A stretch of 64,000 bases of DNA, taken from Candidatus Marinacidobacterales bacterium (GTDB lineage Bacteria > Acidobacteriota > Vicinamibacteria > Marinacidobacterales > DATDRI01). Below the pieces are notes generated by a model. The model saw only the letters and a program-made list of their open reading frames with translations, ran no database searches and was not told the DNA's origin. The DNA is taken from contig OZ245365.1 of assembly GCA_965226495.1 (NCBI GenBank), positions 4,384,001-4,448,000 on the forward strand, read 5' to 3'. Both the position numbers and the translations under genes were made by a program. Below are positions 57,501 to 64,000 of this stretch, one piece after another. Position 1 is the stretch's first letter, and every line of letters begins with the position of its first letter.

Positions 57501-60500
57501 CAAGCGTGTAGTGCGAGAAGTGAAGATCGGCGGCGGTGCCCTCGATGAGAACGCCTCCCACCGTGGACGATCGTCTCGCCCTCAAGTCGGCGGTGAGGTT
57601 CATCAGAGAGCGGAACGACCACTCGTCGGCGAACCCACGCAGGAAGCAGGGGCTGGTGACATCGTTGCGCGCGTCCCGCGACTGGAAGAGGAGCTGGCGT
57701 CCGGTGGGCGAGAAGCCGCGCACCGCCCGGTGGTTGAAGTCCTCGAAGAGCTCGACACGCCGATTGTCCTCGTCTAGCAAGAAGGCCAAGGTCCGCGAGA
57801 AGCTCGAATCGAGCACCGCGCGCTCGTTGGGAACCCAAAAGTCGTCACCAAACGTGTCGATGAAATCGTCGTCCTCCAGCGTCTCGGCCGCCGAGCCGTA
57901 GGCCTCGAAGGCAAGGCTCAACACATCGCCGGGAGCGGCGCCGATCTCGGCCAGCGGAATCTTGAACTCGTAGTACTTGTGGGGATGAAGGACGCGTCCG
58001 GTATGAGTGAAGCCAACGATGCCGTAACGAGAATCGGCGGTGGTGATACGGAACGCCTTGACGCCTTCCGAGGTTAGTACCTGAAGTTCTGCCCAGTCCC
58101 GACCGCCATCGACCGTATTGTCGACCGTGAAGTCGAGCGCGGCGTAGAGATGCTCATCGTCGCTTCCCGCCCAGCCCACTACCGTGGCCGCGGGATGGCC
58201 GGTGTCGGGCTTCGACCACTGCTCGAAGAGAGGCTCGTCGAGACCGTCAGCCGAGGTCTGGAGACCATCGACCTTCAGTCCTTCCTCGCTGGACAGTCGG
58301 TAGTTGTAAACGCCCTCCTCCCGGGGATAGCGCAAAGGACGCACGCGGAGGCCACTGAGCGTTTCCTCACGAGCGATGAGATTGAGGCGCACGGGCTCGC
58401 CTTCGGGAAGGCCACTCCACCCCAGCTCAACGCCTCGCTCGTGGAGATCGATGACCTCGTAATCCGCATAGCCGACCTCATCCAGGACGTCATCACCGGT
58501 ATCGTCTCGAAGCGCCCGGTCGGGAAGGAAGATATGGTCTCCCACGCGCAGCGTGACGTTGTCCACATGTGCCGCCTCGTGACCACTTTGCGTAATCTTG
58601 ACCTTGAACTCGCCGTCGGCGTCGGGTAGATGCTCGCTCAGATCGAGCTCTTGTTCGGCGTATTCGAGGCCGTAGTGCAACACGCCGCGCGCAACCCATG
58701 CGGTTCCGTCCCAAGTGTGGATACGATAAGACTCTCCAACCTCGAGGTGACTCTGAGCGATCGACTCGACCTCGCCGGTCACGGTATTCACGACGAACAG
58801 ACGATCGAAGAAGAAGCTAAAAAAGTCGATGCTGTAGGAGACGCGGACGACGAGCTCATCGCCAAAGCTCGACCAAGACGGTGTCTCGACGAAGTCGAGC
58901 TCGAGATCGCCGCTCTCTTGATCGGGATGCGGCGTCAGAGGGAAACGGATCGTGCGTAGCCGCTCACCCCGAGCGTCAAAGATAACCAACTGAGGCTCGG
59001 GTCCCGTTTGATCCACCACCGCCAGCCTCTGGCCGTCCGGCGACCAGGCGTGGTTGCGGGAAACGACGCCGAGGTCCGTCATCTCGCCGGTGGCGATTCC
59101 GACCAATACAGTTGCCGGGCCGCTGCTGAACTGTCGGAGAACCAATTGGCGCTCGTCCGGAGAAATCGTGATATCAAATAGAGAGCCGGTGCCTCTGAAC
59201 ACCTCACGAGGCGGCAAGAAACCGCCGAGAGGATGCGCTTCGAGGAGCCTACCCGACTCTCGGCGCACCAGCAGCGTTTCGCCGCCTTCGGCAAAATCAA
59301 CGATGTCGGTTCCAATCTGGTTGATGACCGGACGGCGGTTGTTGCCGCGCCCATCGGCCGTCCAGATCTCGCCTCGGAAGCCCTTCTCGAAAGCGATGCG
59401 CGTGCCGGTGCGATTGACCCTCAGCTCGTTGGGACTCTCGGTGGCTGAGAAAAAATCGGCCGGTATGAGCTCCTGCAGACCCCCGCCGCTCGAATCCACA
59501 CGATAGATGCCACGGGCGAACAGCGGGTCGCCCGTACCGGTGATCGCGAAGTAGAAGAACTCCTCGTCGTCGGTAGTCTGAAAATAGCTCACCGTCGGGA
59601 GCTCGCAGGTGAGATTGGTGAAGAGCTCGAAGTCGGTCCCGACCGCTCTCAGCAGCGAGGAGCGATTCGTATCGACGCTGACGGTCGCTCGCCCGATGGT
59701 GGTTCCGGCGCTGCCGACGGCAAGGAGCGCATAGTCGGCATCCGTCACCAGTCGGCCGCGGTGATCGAGACCGTCCCACTCGAAGCTTCCCGTGTCGCCG
59801 CTAAGAACGTCCGAAGTCCGGACCACCTCATCGCGCTCGTTTCTAACCTCGATGCGCACGTCCGCCGGTTCATCGAGACCATAGAAGAGCTCGGTCGAAT
59901 CCTGAATGCCGTCGCCGTTGGGCGAGATATGGCGATGGGTGACGAAGACGTTGCCTTCCTGAGCCGCCACGTTGATCTGCGCCCGGTTATTGACCTTCGA
60001 GCTCTCCAAGATCAGATCCGCAGGGTCGAGCAAGGCGACGATCGGCCGGGTCTCGCCGCCCGTGAACGTCCAGGTAAAAGACACCTCGGCGCCCGCCAAG
60101 CCTGCCACCGAGAAGACCTGATCGCCTCCCACCTGCATCCCGGCACCGTCAGGATCGCCCTCGAAGGCCTGCGCCACGACACCGTCCGCTCCCTGCTCAC
60201 CCAAGTTGCTGTTGGTCAGCGTGAGGGTGACGGTATCGCCGGGCCTCGGGAAACGCGGCTCCAGACGAAGCGCGGCAGGGGAGATGGCGAGATCCGGTAG
60301 GCTCAGCACTTCGAGCTTCTTGAAGCCCGAGTTGTCGTCCTCTCGAAACTCCGGGATGAGGTCGTCGGGATCGGCGACGACGAAGATGAAGCGGTCGCCG
60401 GCATCGGGAACCGGGCTCCAAACGAATTCCGCCATCACGCTGGCCGCCGGCGCCAGCTCAGAAATCACCGTGGTACCGATGAGCTCACCGCCTTCCCCCG

Positions 60501-63500
60501 GATTACCGTCGTAGAAGGCGATCATCACGTTGCTGGCGAGCTCGCCGCCCGAGTTGTTCACGACCGCCGCCAGCGTCACCGGCGCGCCCTCGAGTCCAGG
60601 ATCGGGCGCAAAGGACAACTCGAGCGATCGAATCGAAAGATTGGCCGGCCCAATGTCTTCCGTGGTGAAGGGAAGCAGGGCGAGATTGTTGGTCTCATCC
60701 ACCTCGGGCACCGAGGCGTCGGGGTCGAGCTCGGCCAGGAAACTCAGGTCGCCGATCCGGTCCACCCGCCACAAGACGGTTTGGGTGAGGGTTTCTCCCC
60801 CGTCGAGCTGAAGCACGTTGCGACCGAGCTCGATGACGCTGCCGCCATCGAGGATCGCGTAACGCACCGCGGTGCTCGGGGTGTCGACGGTGCCCCGATT
60901 CCGAAGCGTGATGCGGAAAGTCGCATCTTCGCCGCGCAAGGCGGCGCCGTCGACGAGCTCGACATCCGCCGGGACCACCTCCAGATCGAGGGTGGGCAAC
61001 GTCGTGACGGAGGTCGAGGCACGGTTGTTGCCCTCGCTGGCTTCGACAATGTCGTCTTCGGGGTCGAGACGAAAGGTGAAGTGGGTGACGCCCGCTTGGA
61101 GAAGTAGGTAAGAGAAGTTGACCACCGTCGTTTGCCGCTGCGGGAAGTTCACCATCTTGGTCTCGAGGAGCTCGCCACCCTCGGGGCTTCCCACCCAGAA
61201 CTCGACGCTCACGTCGGCCGCATCGGTGCGGCCCAGATTGCGGGCCTGTACGCTGAATCCGAGAGTGGTCGGGAGGGTGGCGGGCGCGGGTGGCGTCACC
61301 ACAATGTCCACGGGGCGAATCTCGAGATCGGCTTCGGCAGGAGCGGGAGCCACTTCGATGTCGAGTCGGGCGCGGTTATCGAGCTCGCTGAGCTCGTTCA
61401 CCGCGCTGTCCGGGTCCAACACGGCCACCAGGGTATGGTTGCCAGGAAGATCGAAGCTGTCCCAAAACACCTTGACCGTGGCGGTGCGCCCAGCAGAAAG
61501 GCTCGGCAGCTCGACATCCGCAAAGGAAACACCGCCCGAGTCGGGGTCGCCGTCGAAGAATCTCACCAGACCCGAGGGGGCTACCGTGGCGCCGTCGTTG
61601 GCAACCTGCAACGTGAGCTCGACCCGATCGCCATCACGAGGCTCGGCCGGAGACGCCTGGATGGGGCCTGCAAAGCGCCAGTTGAGAAACGCGGAACGCT
61701 GAAGGGCGTCGATGGCGAGCGCGGTGGCGTAGGTGCTCCCCGCCCAACTTCCTTCCAAAGTTTGTCGCGTGCGCAGATAGCTGCCGGCCTCCTCGGCTCG
61801 GATGGTCGCGAGCGCGTCCAAGGCGATGACGGTGCGTAAGACGGAGGCGGTGTCGTGGACGGTGCTCGGGCTATCGCCAAAGCCGCCGTCGGGATTCTGC
61901 CGCGAGGCCAACCACTCGAGGGCCCGTGTCGAGACCTCGGTTTGTCTTCCCACCGCCTTCAGAGCGGCGAGTACGAGGGTAGTGACGCGGGCTCGGCTGG
62001 CACCTTCGAGCACGTTGCTCCAGCCTCCATCCAGGTTCTGGTGTGCGACGAGGAAATCTCCTGCTTTCGACATGGCCGCCTCAACACCCGGCCGGTCCCC
62101 GAGCGCCAACACGGCCAGGGCGGTATCGAGGGGATCGCTTCGAAAGCCCGGCGACAAGCCCCACCCACCGTCTTCATTTTGGAGATCCAGCAGCTCGCTT
62201 CTTGCGTCTTCGCCACCATCGAGCAGACGGGTGAGGCTGCGGGCCTGGCGGGCCAGACCGTCCACGTTGGGGGGCGCGAGCGCTCCGATCCAGTCGAGCG
62301 CGCGGGCCTTGCCCGCAAAGACCGGATCCAGATCGCTCAACATCTCGAGCGAGACGGTGGTGTCGCGGAGGCGCGTCGGGGGAGTGTCCTCCCAGAAGCC
62401 TTCGGTCGTTTGCTGTAGCCGAAGCCAGGCCAAGCCATCGGCGATGCTGGCCTCGGTGGGGCGAATCGTACCGGGGTCGATCCCGGAGGGCTCGCCGCGA
62501 GCCACGTCGAGTCGTGCCTCCGGGAAGACCTGAACGATGGCCCGACCGCCGGTAACGACCGAGAAGCGGGTTTGAAAGGCGTCACGAACGCGGGACAGAG
62601 CGGCTACCAGCCCACTCGTAACCTCGTCGCCGGGACGTTTGAGAAGGATGAAAGCCGCACGGAAATCCTTCTGTGACTCCGCGGCGCTGGGGCTGCGGAG
62701 CCCCTCCACGGCGATGATGTCGTCCAAGGTGACGGGCGAGGCGGTGCCGCTGACCGTCGCTCCTCGCTCCGGCAGCCGGGTACGATCGATCTCGGGATTA
62801 TCGATCAGAAAGAACGGCTGTACTTCCTCCGGTGCGAAGAACCCCGCAAGATACAAATCGAGAGGACTGTAGAACCGGCGCGCATCGCGACCCAAAAAAG
62901 TCCCATCTCCCTGATCCCGCCAGTCGTGTCCATACATGATCGAGGCATCGGTATCGAGGAGAAAGCTCCAGTGGGCATCCTGCGCACCAAGCAAGGCTGA
63001 GCTTTCTGGACCGTTGAACTCCACGAAGCAACACCACTGGTGCATCACCTCATGCGCCATGGTGGCAAGGAGTTGTTCGAAATCCGGGTTCAGCGGGTCC
63101 GTTTTCCAGCGGCCGAGAGCGGCCATATCGACATAACCGAGGAGGCGCCCTTCGCTTCCAAAAAAATCGGTGTTATCGAAGACGGGGAGCCCGATCCCGG
63201 AAACCTGATTCTGGACCCCGAGATGAAATGCCAGAACATCGCCCGAATCGGGATCGGACGTATTGAACTCGAACGTAGTAAAGATGATGAGAAAGTCGAA
63301 GTTGTCGGGATGCTGCAGGTAGAACTCCTGCGCAATGAGGGTACGGGGCTCGAGGTTAAAGGAGCCGTCTTCGAGCTGCCGGCTGTAGTTGCCGATCAGC
63401 TCGATCACCGAGATGTGGTCTCGATCTTCGACGAATCTCGCCTCGAACTCGCCCGAAGAGATGAGCGACTCGATCGGGCCGCTGGCTTGCGCAAAAAGCA

Positions 63501-63609
63501 TCGTCGGGCAAAGCAGCGCATAGAGCAGCGACATGAGCAAGGGCGCACGCCGCACCGGGGGGACGGAACTCCTAATCCTGCGCTTGCTCCTTGGCCGGAC
63601 CCACACCAC
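51514..63609 (-). CDS. Giant secreted multidomain protein / polymorphic toxin (4031 aa)
   Basis: In order: signal peptide; HEVMH metallopeptidase (63040-63054); Q-N-x-D-G-G-[WF] alpha-barrel repeats; about 5 CARDB (DP...I.E..E.NN); SPNGDG FlgD-Ig repeats; TolB-like blades; VD.TPP Ig and FN3 repeats; HINT C-part (T.EHPFW...VYNFEV...HTYFV...WVHN); basic PD-(D/E)xK tip. Confidence 0.88.
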   Translation of the reverse strand: MVWVRPRSKRRIRSSVPPVRRAPLLMSLLYALLCPTMLFAQASGPIESLISSGEFEARFVEDRDHISVIELIGNYSRQLEDGSFNLEPRTLIAQEFYLQHPDNFDFLIIFTTFEFNTSDPDSGDVLAFHLGVQNQVSGIGLPVFDNTDFFGSEGRLLGYVDMAALGRWKTDPLNPDFEQLLATMAHEVMHQWCCFVEFNGPESSALLGAQDAHWSFLLDTDASIMYGHDWRDQGDGTFLGRDARRFYSPLDLYLAGFFAPEEVQPFFLIDNPEIDRTRLPERGATVSGTASPVTLDDIIAVEGLRSPSAAESQKDFRAAFILLKRPGDEVTSGLVAALSRVRDAFQTRFSVVTGGRAIVQVFPEARLDVARGEPSGIDPGTIRPTEASIADGLAWLRLQQTTEGFWEDTPPTRLRDTTVSLEMLSDLDPVFAGKARALDWIGALAPPNVDGLARQARSLTRLLDGGEDARSELLDLQNEDGGWGLSPGFRSDPLDTALAVLALGDRPGVEAAMSKAGDFLVAHQNLDGGWSNVLEGASRARVTTLVLAALKAVGRQTEVSTRALEWLASRQNPDGGFGDSPSTVHDTASVLRTVIALDALATIRAEEAGSYLRTRQTLEGSWAGSTYATALAIDALQRSAFLNWRFAGPIQASPAEPRDGDRVELTLQVANDGATVAPSGLVRFFDGDPDSGGVSFADVELPSLSAGRTATVKVFWDSFDLPGNHTLVAVLDPDSAVNELSELDNRARLDIEVAPAPAEADLEIRPVDIVVTPPAPATLPTTLGFSVQARNLGRTDAADVSVEFWVGSPEGGELLETKMVNFPQRQTTVVNFSYLLLQAGVTHFTFRLDPEDDIVEASEGNNRASTSVTTLPTLDLEVVPADVELVDGAALRGEDATFRITLRNRGTVDTPSTAVRYAILDGGSVIELGRNVLQLDGGETLTQTVLWRVDRIGDLSFLAELDPDASVPEVDETNNLALLPFTTEDIGPANLSIRSLELSFAPDPGLEGAPVTLAAVVNNSGGELASNVMIAFYDGNPGEGGELIGTTVISELAPAASVMAEFVWSPVPDAGDRFIFVVADPDDLIPEFREDDNSGFKKLEVLSLPDLAISPAALRLEPRFPRPGDTVTLTLTNSNLGEQGADGVVAQAFEGDPDGAGMQVGGDQVFSVAGLAGAEVSFTWTFTGGETRPIVALLDPADLILESSKVNNRAQINVAAQEGNVFVTHRHISPNGDGIQDSTELFYGLDEPADVRIEVRNERDEVVRTSDVLSGDTGSFEWDGLDHRGRLVTDADYALLAVGSAGTTIGRATVSVDTNRSSLLRAVGTDFELFTNLTCELPTVSYFQTTDDEEFFYFAITGTGDPLFARGIYRVDSSGGGLQELIPADFFSATESPNELRVNRTGTRIAFEKGFRGEIWTADGRGNNRRPVINQIGTDIVDFAEGGETLLVRRESGRLLEAHPLGGFLPPREVFRGTGSLFDITISPDERQLVLRQFSSGPATVLVGIATGEMTDLGVVSRNHAWSPDGQRLAVVDQTGPEPQLVIFDARGERLRTIRFPLTPHPDQESGDLELDFVETPSWSSFGDELVVRVSYSIDFFSFFFDRLFVVNTVTGEVESIAQSHLEVGESYRIHTWDGTAWVARGVLHYGLEYAEQELDLSEHLPDADGEFKVKITQSGHEAAHVDNVTLRVGDHIFLPDRALRDDTGDDVLDEVGYADYEVIDLHERGVELGWSGLPEGEPVRLNLIAREETLSGLRVRPLRYPREEGVYNYRLSSEEGLKVDGLQTSADGLDEPLFEQWSKPDTGHPAATVVGWAGSDDEHLYAALDFTVDNTVDGGRDWAELQVLTSEGVKAFRITTADSRYGIVGFTHTGRVLHPHKYYEFKIPLAEIGAAPGDVLSLAFEAYGSAAETLEDDDFIDTFGDDFWVPNERAVLDSSFSRTLAFLLDEDNRRVELFEDFNHRAVRGFSPTGRQLLFQSRDARNDVTSPCFLRGFADEWSFRSLMNLTADLRARRSSTVGGVLIEGTAADLHFSHYTLEFARASSPGSFSPIGPPAAEPVVDARFTTWVPPSPGSYLVRLTVHDLAGNQRRAVKRVSWNDIPSITDLFRTPQFISPNGDGIQDSATVGYRVLEPISLEFGFFNDKGDRVRTIERDHPVIGLQELVWDGRDQRGLPVPDGEYRMTVQNFEFFIHVDSTPPEVELLLKSAYQRVNSSSSGEEVAGVSPQLVFTVVDPNLKEDFRELGEGADPLSWSPLTPGFLLAEDDGSLTRFLDLDEFVGNRFRLDASDRAGNRTLVTTPLGLEEIVVTDFGSHILSEEGKLERLEEVRFVPTTSDDGIGAFIQLAQGDARFNLAETVREEIDEVHVQFRPFAQVFWQETRIEQFLPVGFNPVPPSFEIPEPRFQFVWDMAGVMPGVVTVLRLRMVDLEGNEHFSNTFQVLTDGLFYGGPLPTPPDEPPADVARFVEEKKNVFGLRDIVLWAQEFMALELEEIQLFIQSDEDPRYANEQSFEPKAVTDGVILFGFDDWVACKAYKSFVVVVTEPFVDPATGETARRRIRSREVGFKSPCLTISVEIAPVVAESCGDPAPQLLQFVVTPDSGKGTSLQLLTMARLLPDGQEDILFSVNRPPIEEPQRFLLETQDLEPIESFVFRLSDVDDDRTERTIRLPIDQSPPTIAINFPLEGQRICGVPREIGGEIRNVFDVEGVVDDDVAAEYRLVLSRDGQAGLTFEISPPLVVPLGAAGGFRIAGTLGTYGDDEPAFTGDATLRLEASDWGGALVCTETNFFFDGEVEGAGLRSDLRLFSPNGDGTLDDVTLEIESQELAFVDLEIFPGFIDEKRRPVVTGSRVRTLLSRFSLLDLAFEIWDGTNDGGARVPDGTYLVFADYEDACGNRARRWVEVEVDNTPPETNIAFPQLGDPITMIVEVVGSVSDRNFQAYGLDFGIGLAPETWARIFASATELDAEVAGVWNTFGLEGDITLRLLGRDLAGNEGETFVSLNLASRTNLIQDLEATPRLFSPNGDGRRETSSIRFALDIDARVFLTLLEPGDVPVRTLVDGQVLGFGAAVRPWDGKTDGGDDAPDGLYAVLLRAELPGNPSVNQEERVTVIVDRTPPVVVLDAPEPDGFLTGEAAIQGSIEDERIQSYVISITNEPAAPVWTELARGNANRMNAILARLDALEDGDYAVRVEAEDQAENRAEVIIPFEVDNTAPVVTLTGPAEGSFLSGASGPTPVLGTVVEEHLETYRVEFAPGAAPLPDAFVEIFAATELPTAAELTQWDVSSLDDGPFTLRLIAEDRAGQTGEARVLVTVDNTPPVVAITDPDDGGFLVGVQNLVGTASDEHLTRYAVSIAPGEKDVAAAFTEIGVGLSSVTDGPLIELRAPPPDGLYTLRLHAEDAAGNEASTLSEVHVDLTPPAPPIQLTVELEDGDSARLNWTANTEPDLAGYHVSRDGERITTELLPDTTYLDPDLLEGTYVYTVVAVDLAGNQSDPSNPAELVVDVTPPTVRIQRPSTGETVSGLVDVKGTAFSQDDFKEYRLFVGAGETPTTLELLRRSPVPIQSDLLAQWSTLGLTEGAPFTLRLEGEDLTGNVGVDTVVVIIDNLPPAAPTGLTATEVASDPDAVINDVQLDWDPNTEDDLLGYLLFRDDRLANADGLVVGDLRNFVITPDEFLDLNLPDGHYTYEVFAMDEAGNLSEPSLPADAEIDTRPPAAIIVSPLDGTAFDTALHVLATTEDRDVAEVQFEFKAAADIDWLPLGAADLAEPWEGNLDPDALSLSFGDYDLRAVATDRGSLIDPTPASTPNKETLDLDLVASDGTSETLGVTKEHPFWVTGRGWVEAGQLREDDSIFTARDGWLKVRQVRGSPRGAETVYNFEVAEDHTYFVGKTEAWVHNQCKTVSGKQPKGKTGLGIKRQGDLGEEIILEKLLRNPKVRVKGTRISVKTAKNPQRRVIDVLIIRKRDGKLFNVEVKTVGAKRPRAQRAKDVELEKKGGTFVGDRAADAELQGATGRITTVEAKVSLKKLLERIADKQ

Positions 63610-63612
63610 GGG

Positions 63613-64000
63613 TCACCTCTGATTTGGCTTTTCGCGGCTCGGGGCCGGTTTCTTCGCCAGCTGGTCGTCGGGGGGGGTTCGATGTAGAACGAGAAGGCGG
63701 GACTTTTGGCCTAAACCTTTGCTCTTGAAGAGCCAGACGGTTCGTATTTCCCCTGGCTCGTCGGGAGAGTCGGCCTCGAGACGCTCCTCGAGAACCAGCC
63801 GATCCTCCAAGACCTCTTCAACCACGGCGGTGGTGCCGGAAATCGAGCTTCCGATCTCCAGAAGCTGGAGCTTTCCCTTGGGGAGCCGAACCACGGCCTT
63901 GCCGTCCACCGAAGAAAGGGAAACGAGGACGACTTCCTCGAGTTTGCTATCTTCGACCGCTTGGGCGGGGAGAGCCAGCAAGAGGGAGAAAATTGAGATC
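63613..64000 (-). CDS. Exported protein resembling the PilP/GspC-HR domain, 5'-partial
   Basis: Frame is open to the window edge with a signal-peptide end (FSLLLALPAQA); pattern AVV..P.G....L.IG..I......V.EV..DRLVL.E; stops 3 nt before the giant gene. Confidence 0.5.
   Translation of the reverse strand, partial: ISIFSLLLALPAQAVEDSKLEEVVLVSLSSVDGKAVVRLPKGKLQLLEIGSSISGTTAVVEEVLEDRLVLEERLEADSPDEPGEIRTVWLFKSKGLGQKSRLLVLHRTPPDDQLAKKPAPSREKPNQR

Noticed and set aside
56089-57777. 562-aa plus-strand ORF, and other long antisense ORFs such as 1398-2867, 34206-35369 and 15816-16964
   Set aside because: They are shadows of well-supported genes on the opposite strand, expected in high-GC DNA, and have no recognisable motifs.

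Overview
A GC-rich bacterial chromosomal window. The style of its Ser/Thr kinases, DUF1501 and FadL-like genes suggests Acidobacteriota (Vicinamibacteria-like); this is inference only. In order, it holds: (1) an ADP-forming acyl-CoA ligase / hydantoinase-oxoprolinase B+A / IacB-like / amidohydrolase / SDR operon; (2) a Na+-pumping glutaconyl-CoA decarboxylase cluster with a non-decarboxylating-type glutaryl-CoA dehydrogenase, including a 44-aa subunit gene missed by the ORF track; (3) arylsulfotransferase, a short DUF1501 and an orphan PilY1 behind a sigma54 promoter and a start-stop mini-ORF; (4) a tight three-gene unit of outer-membrane barrel, periplasmic TPR-TM-STAND ATPase and STAND ATPase-Ser/Thr kinase; (5) vapBC, a 166-bp CTAG-bounded palindromic element, FMN glutamate synthase-like gene, bioB and fused bioD-bioA; (6) peptidases, a frameshifted cupin and an unannotated UxxC ArsC-family selenoprotein with a candidate SECIS; (7) a second hydantoinase/amidohydrolase/MFS operon; (8) a 4031-aa secreted multidomain protein ending in an N-terminally truncated pretoxin-HINT domain and a PD-(D/E)xK nuclease tip, followed by a probable immunity gene and a decayed vapBC. 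The best candidates for undescribed systems are the giant-protein polymorphic toxin with its half-HINT and the barrel/paired-STAND/kinase unit. I found no rRNA, tRNA, CRISPR array or transposase. All family calls come from motif recognition by eye; no searches were run.
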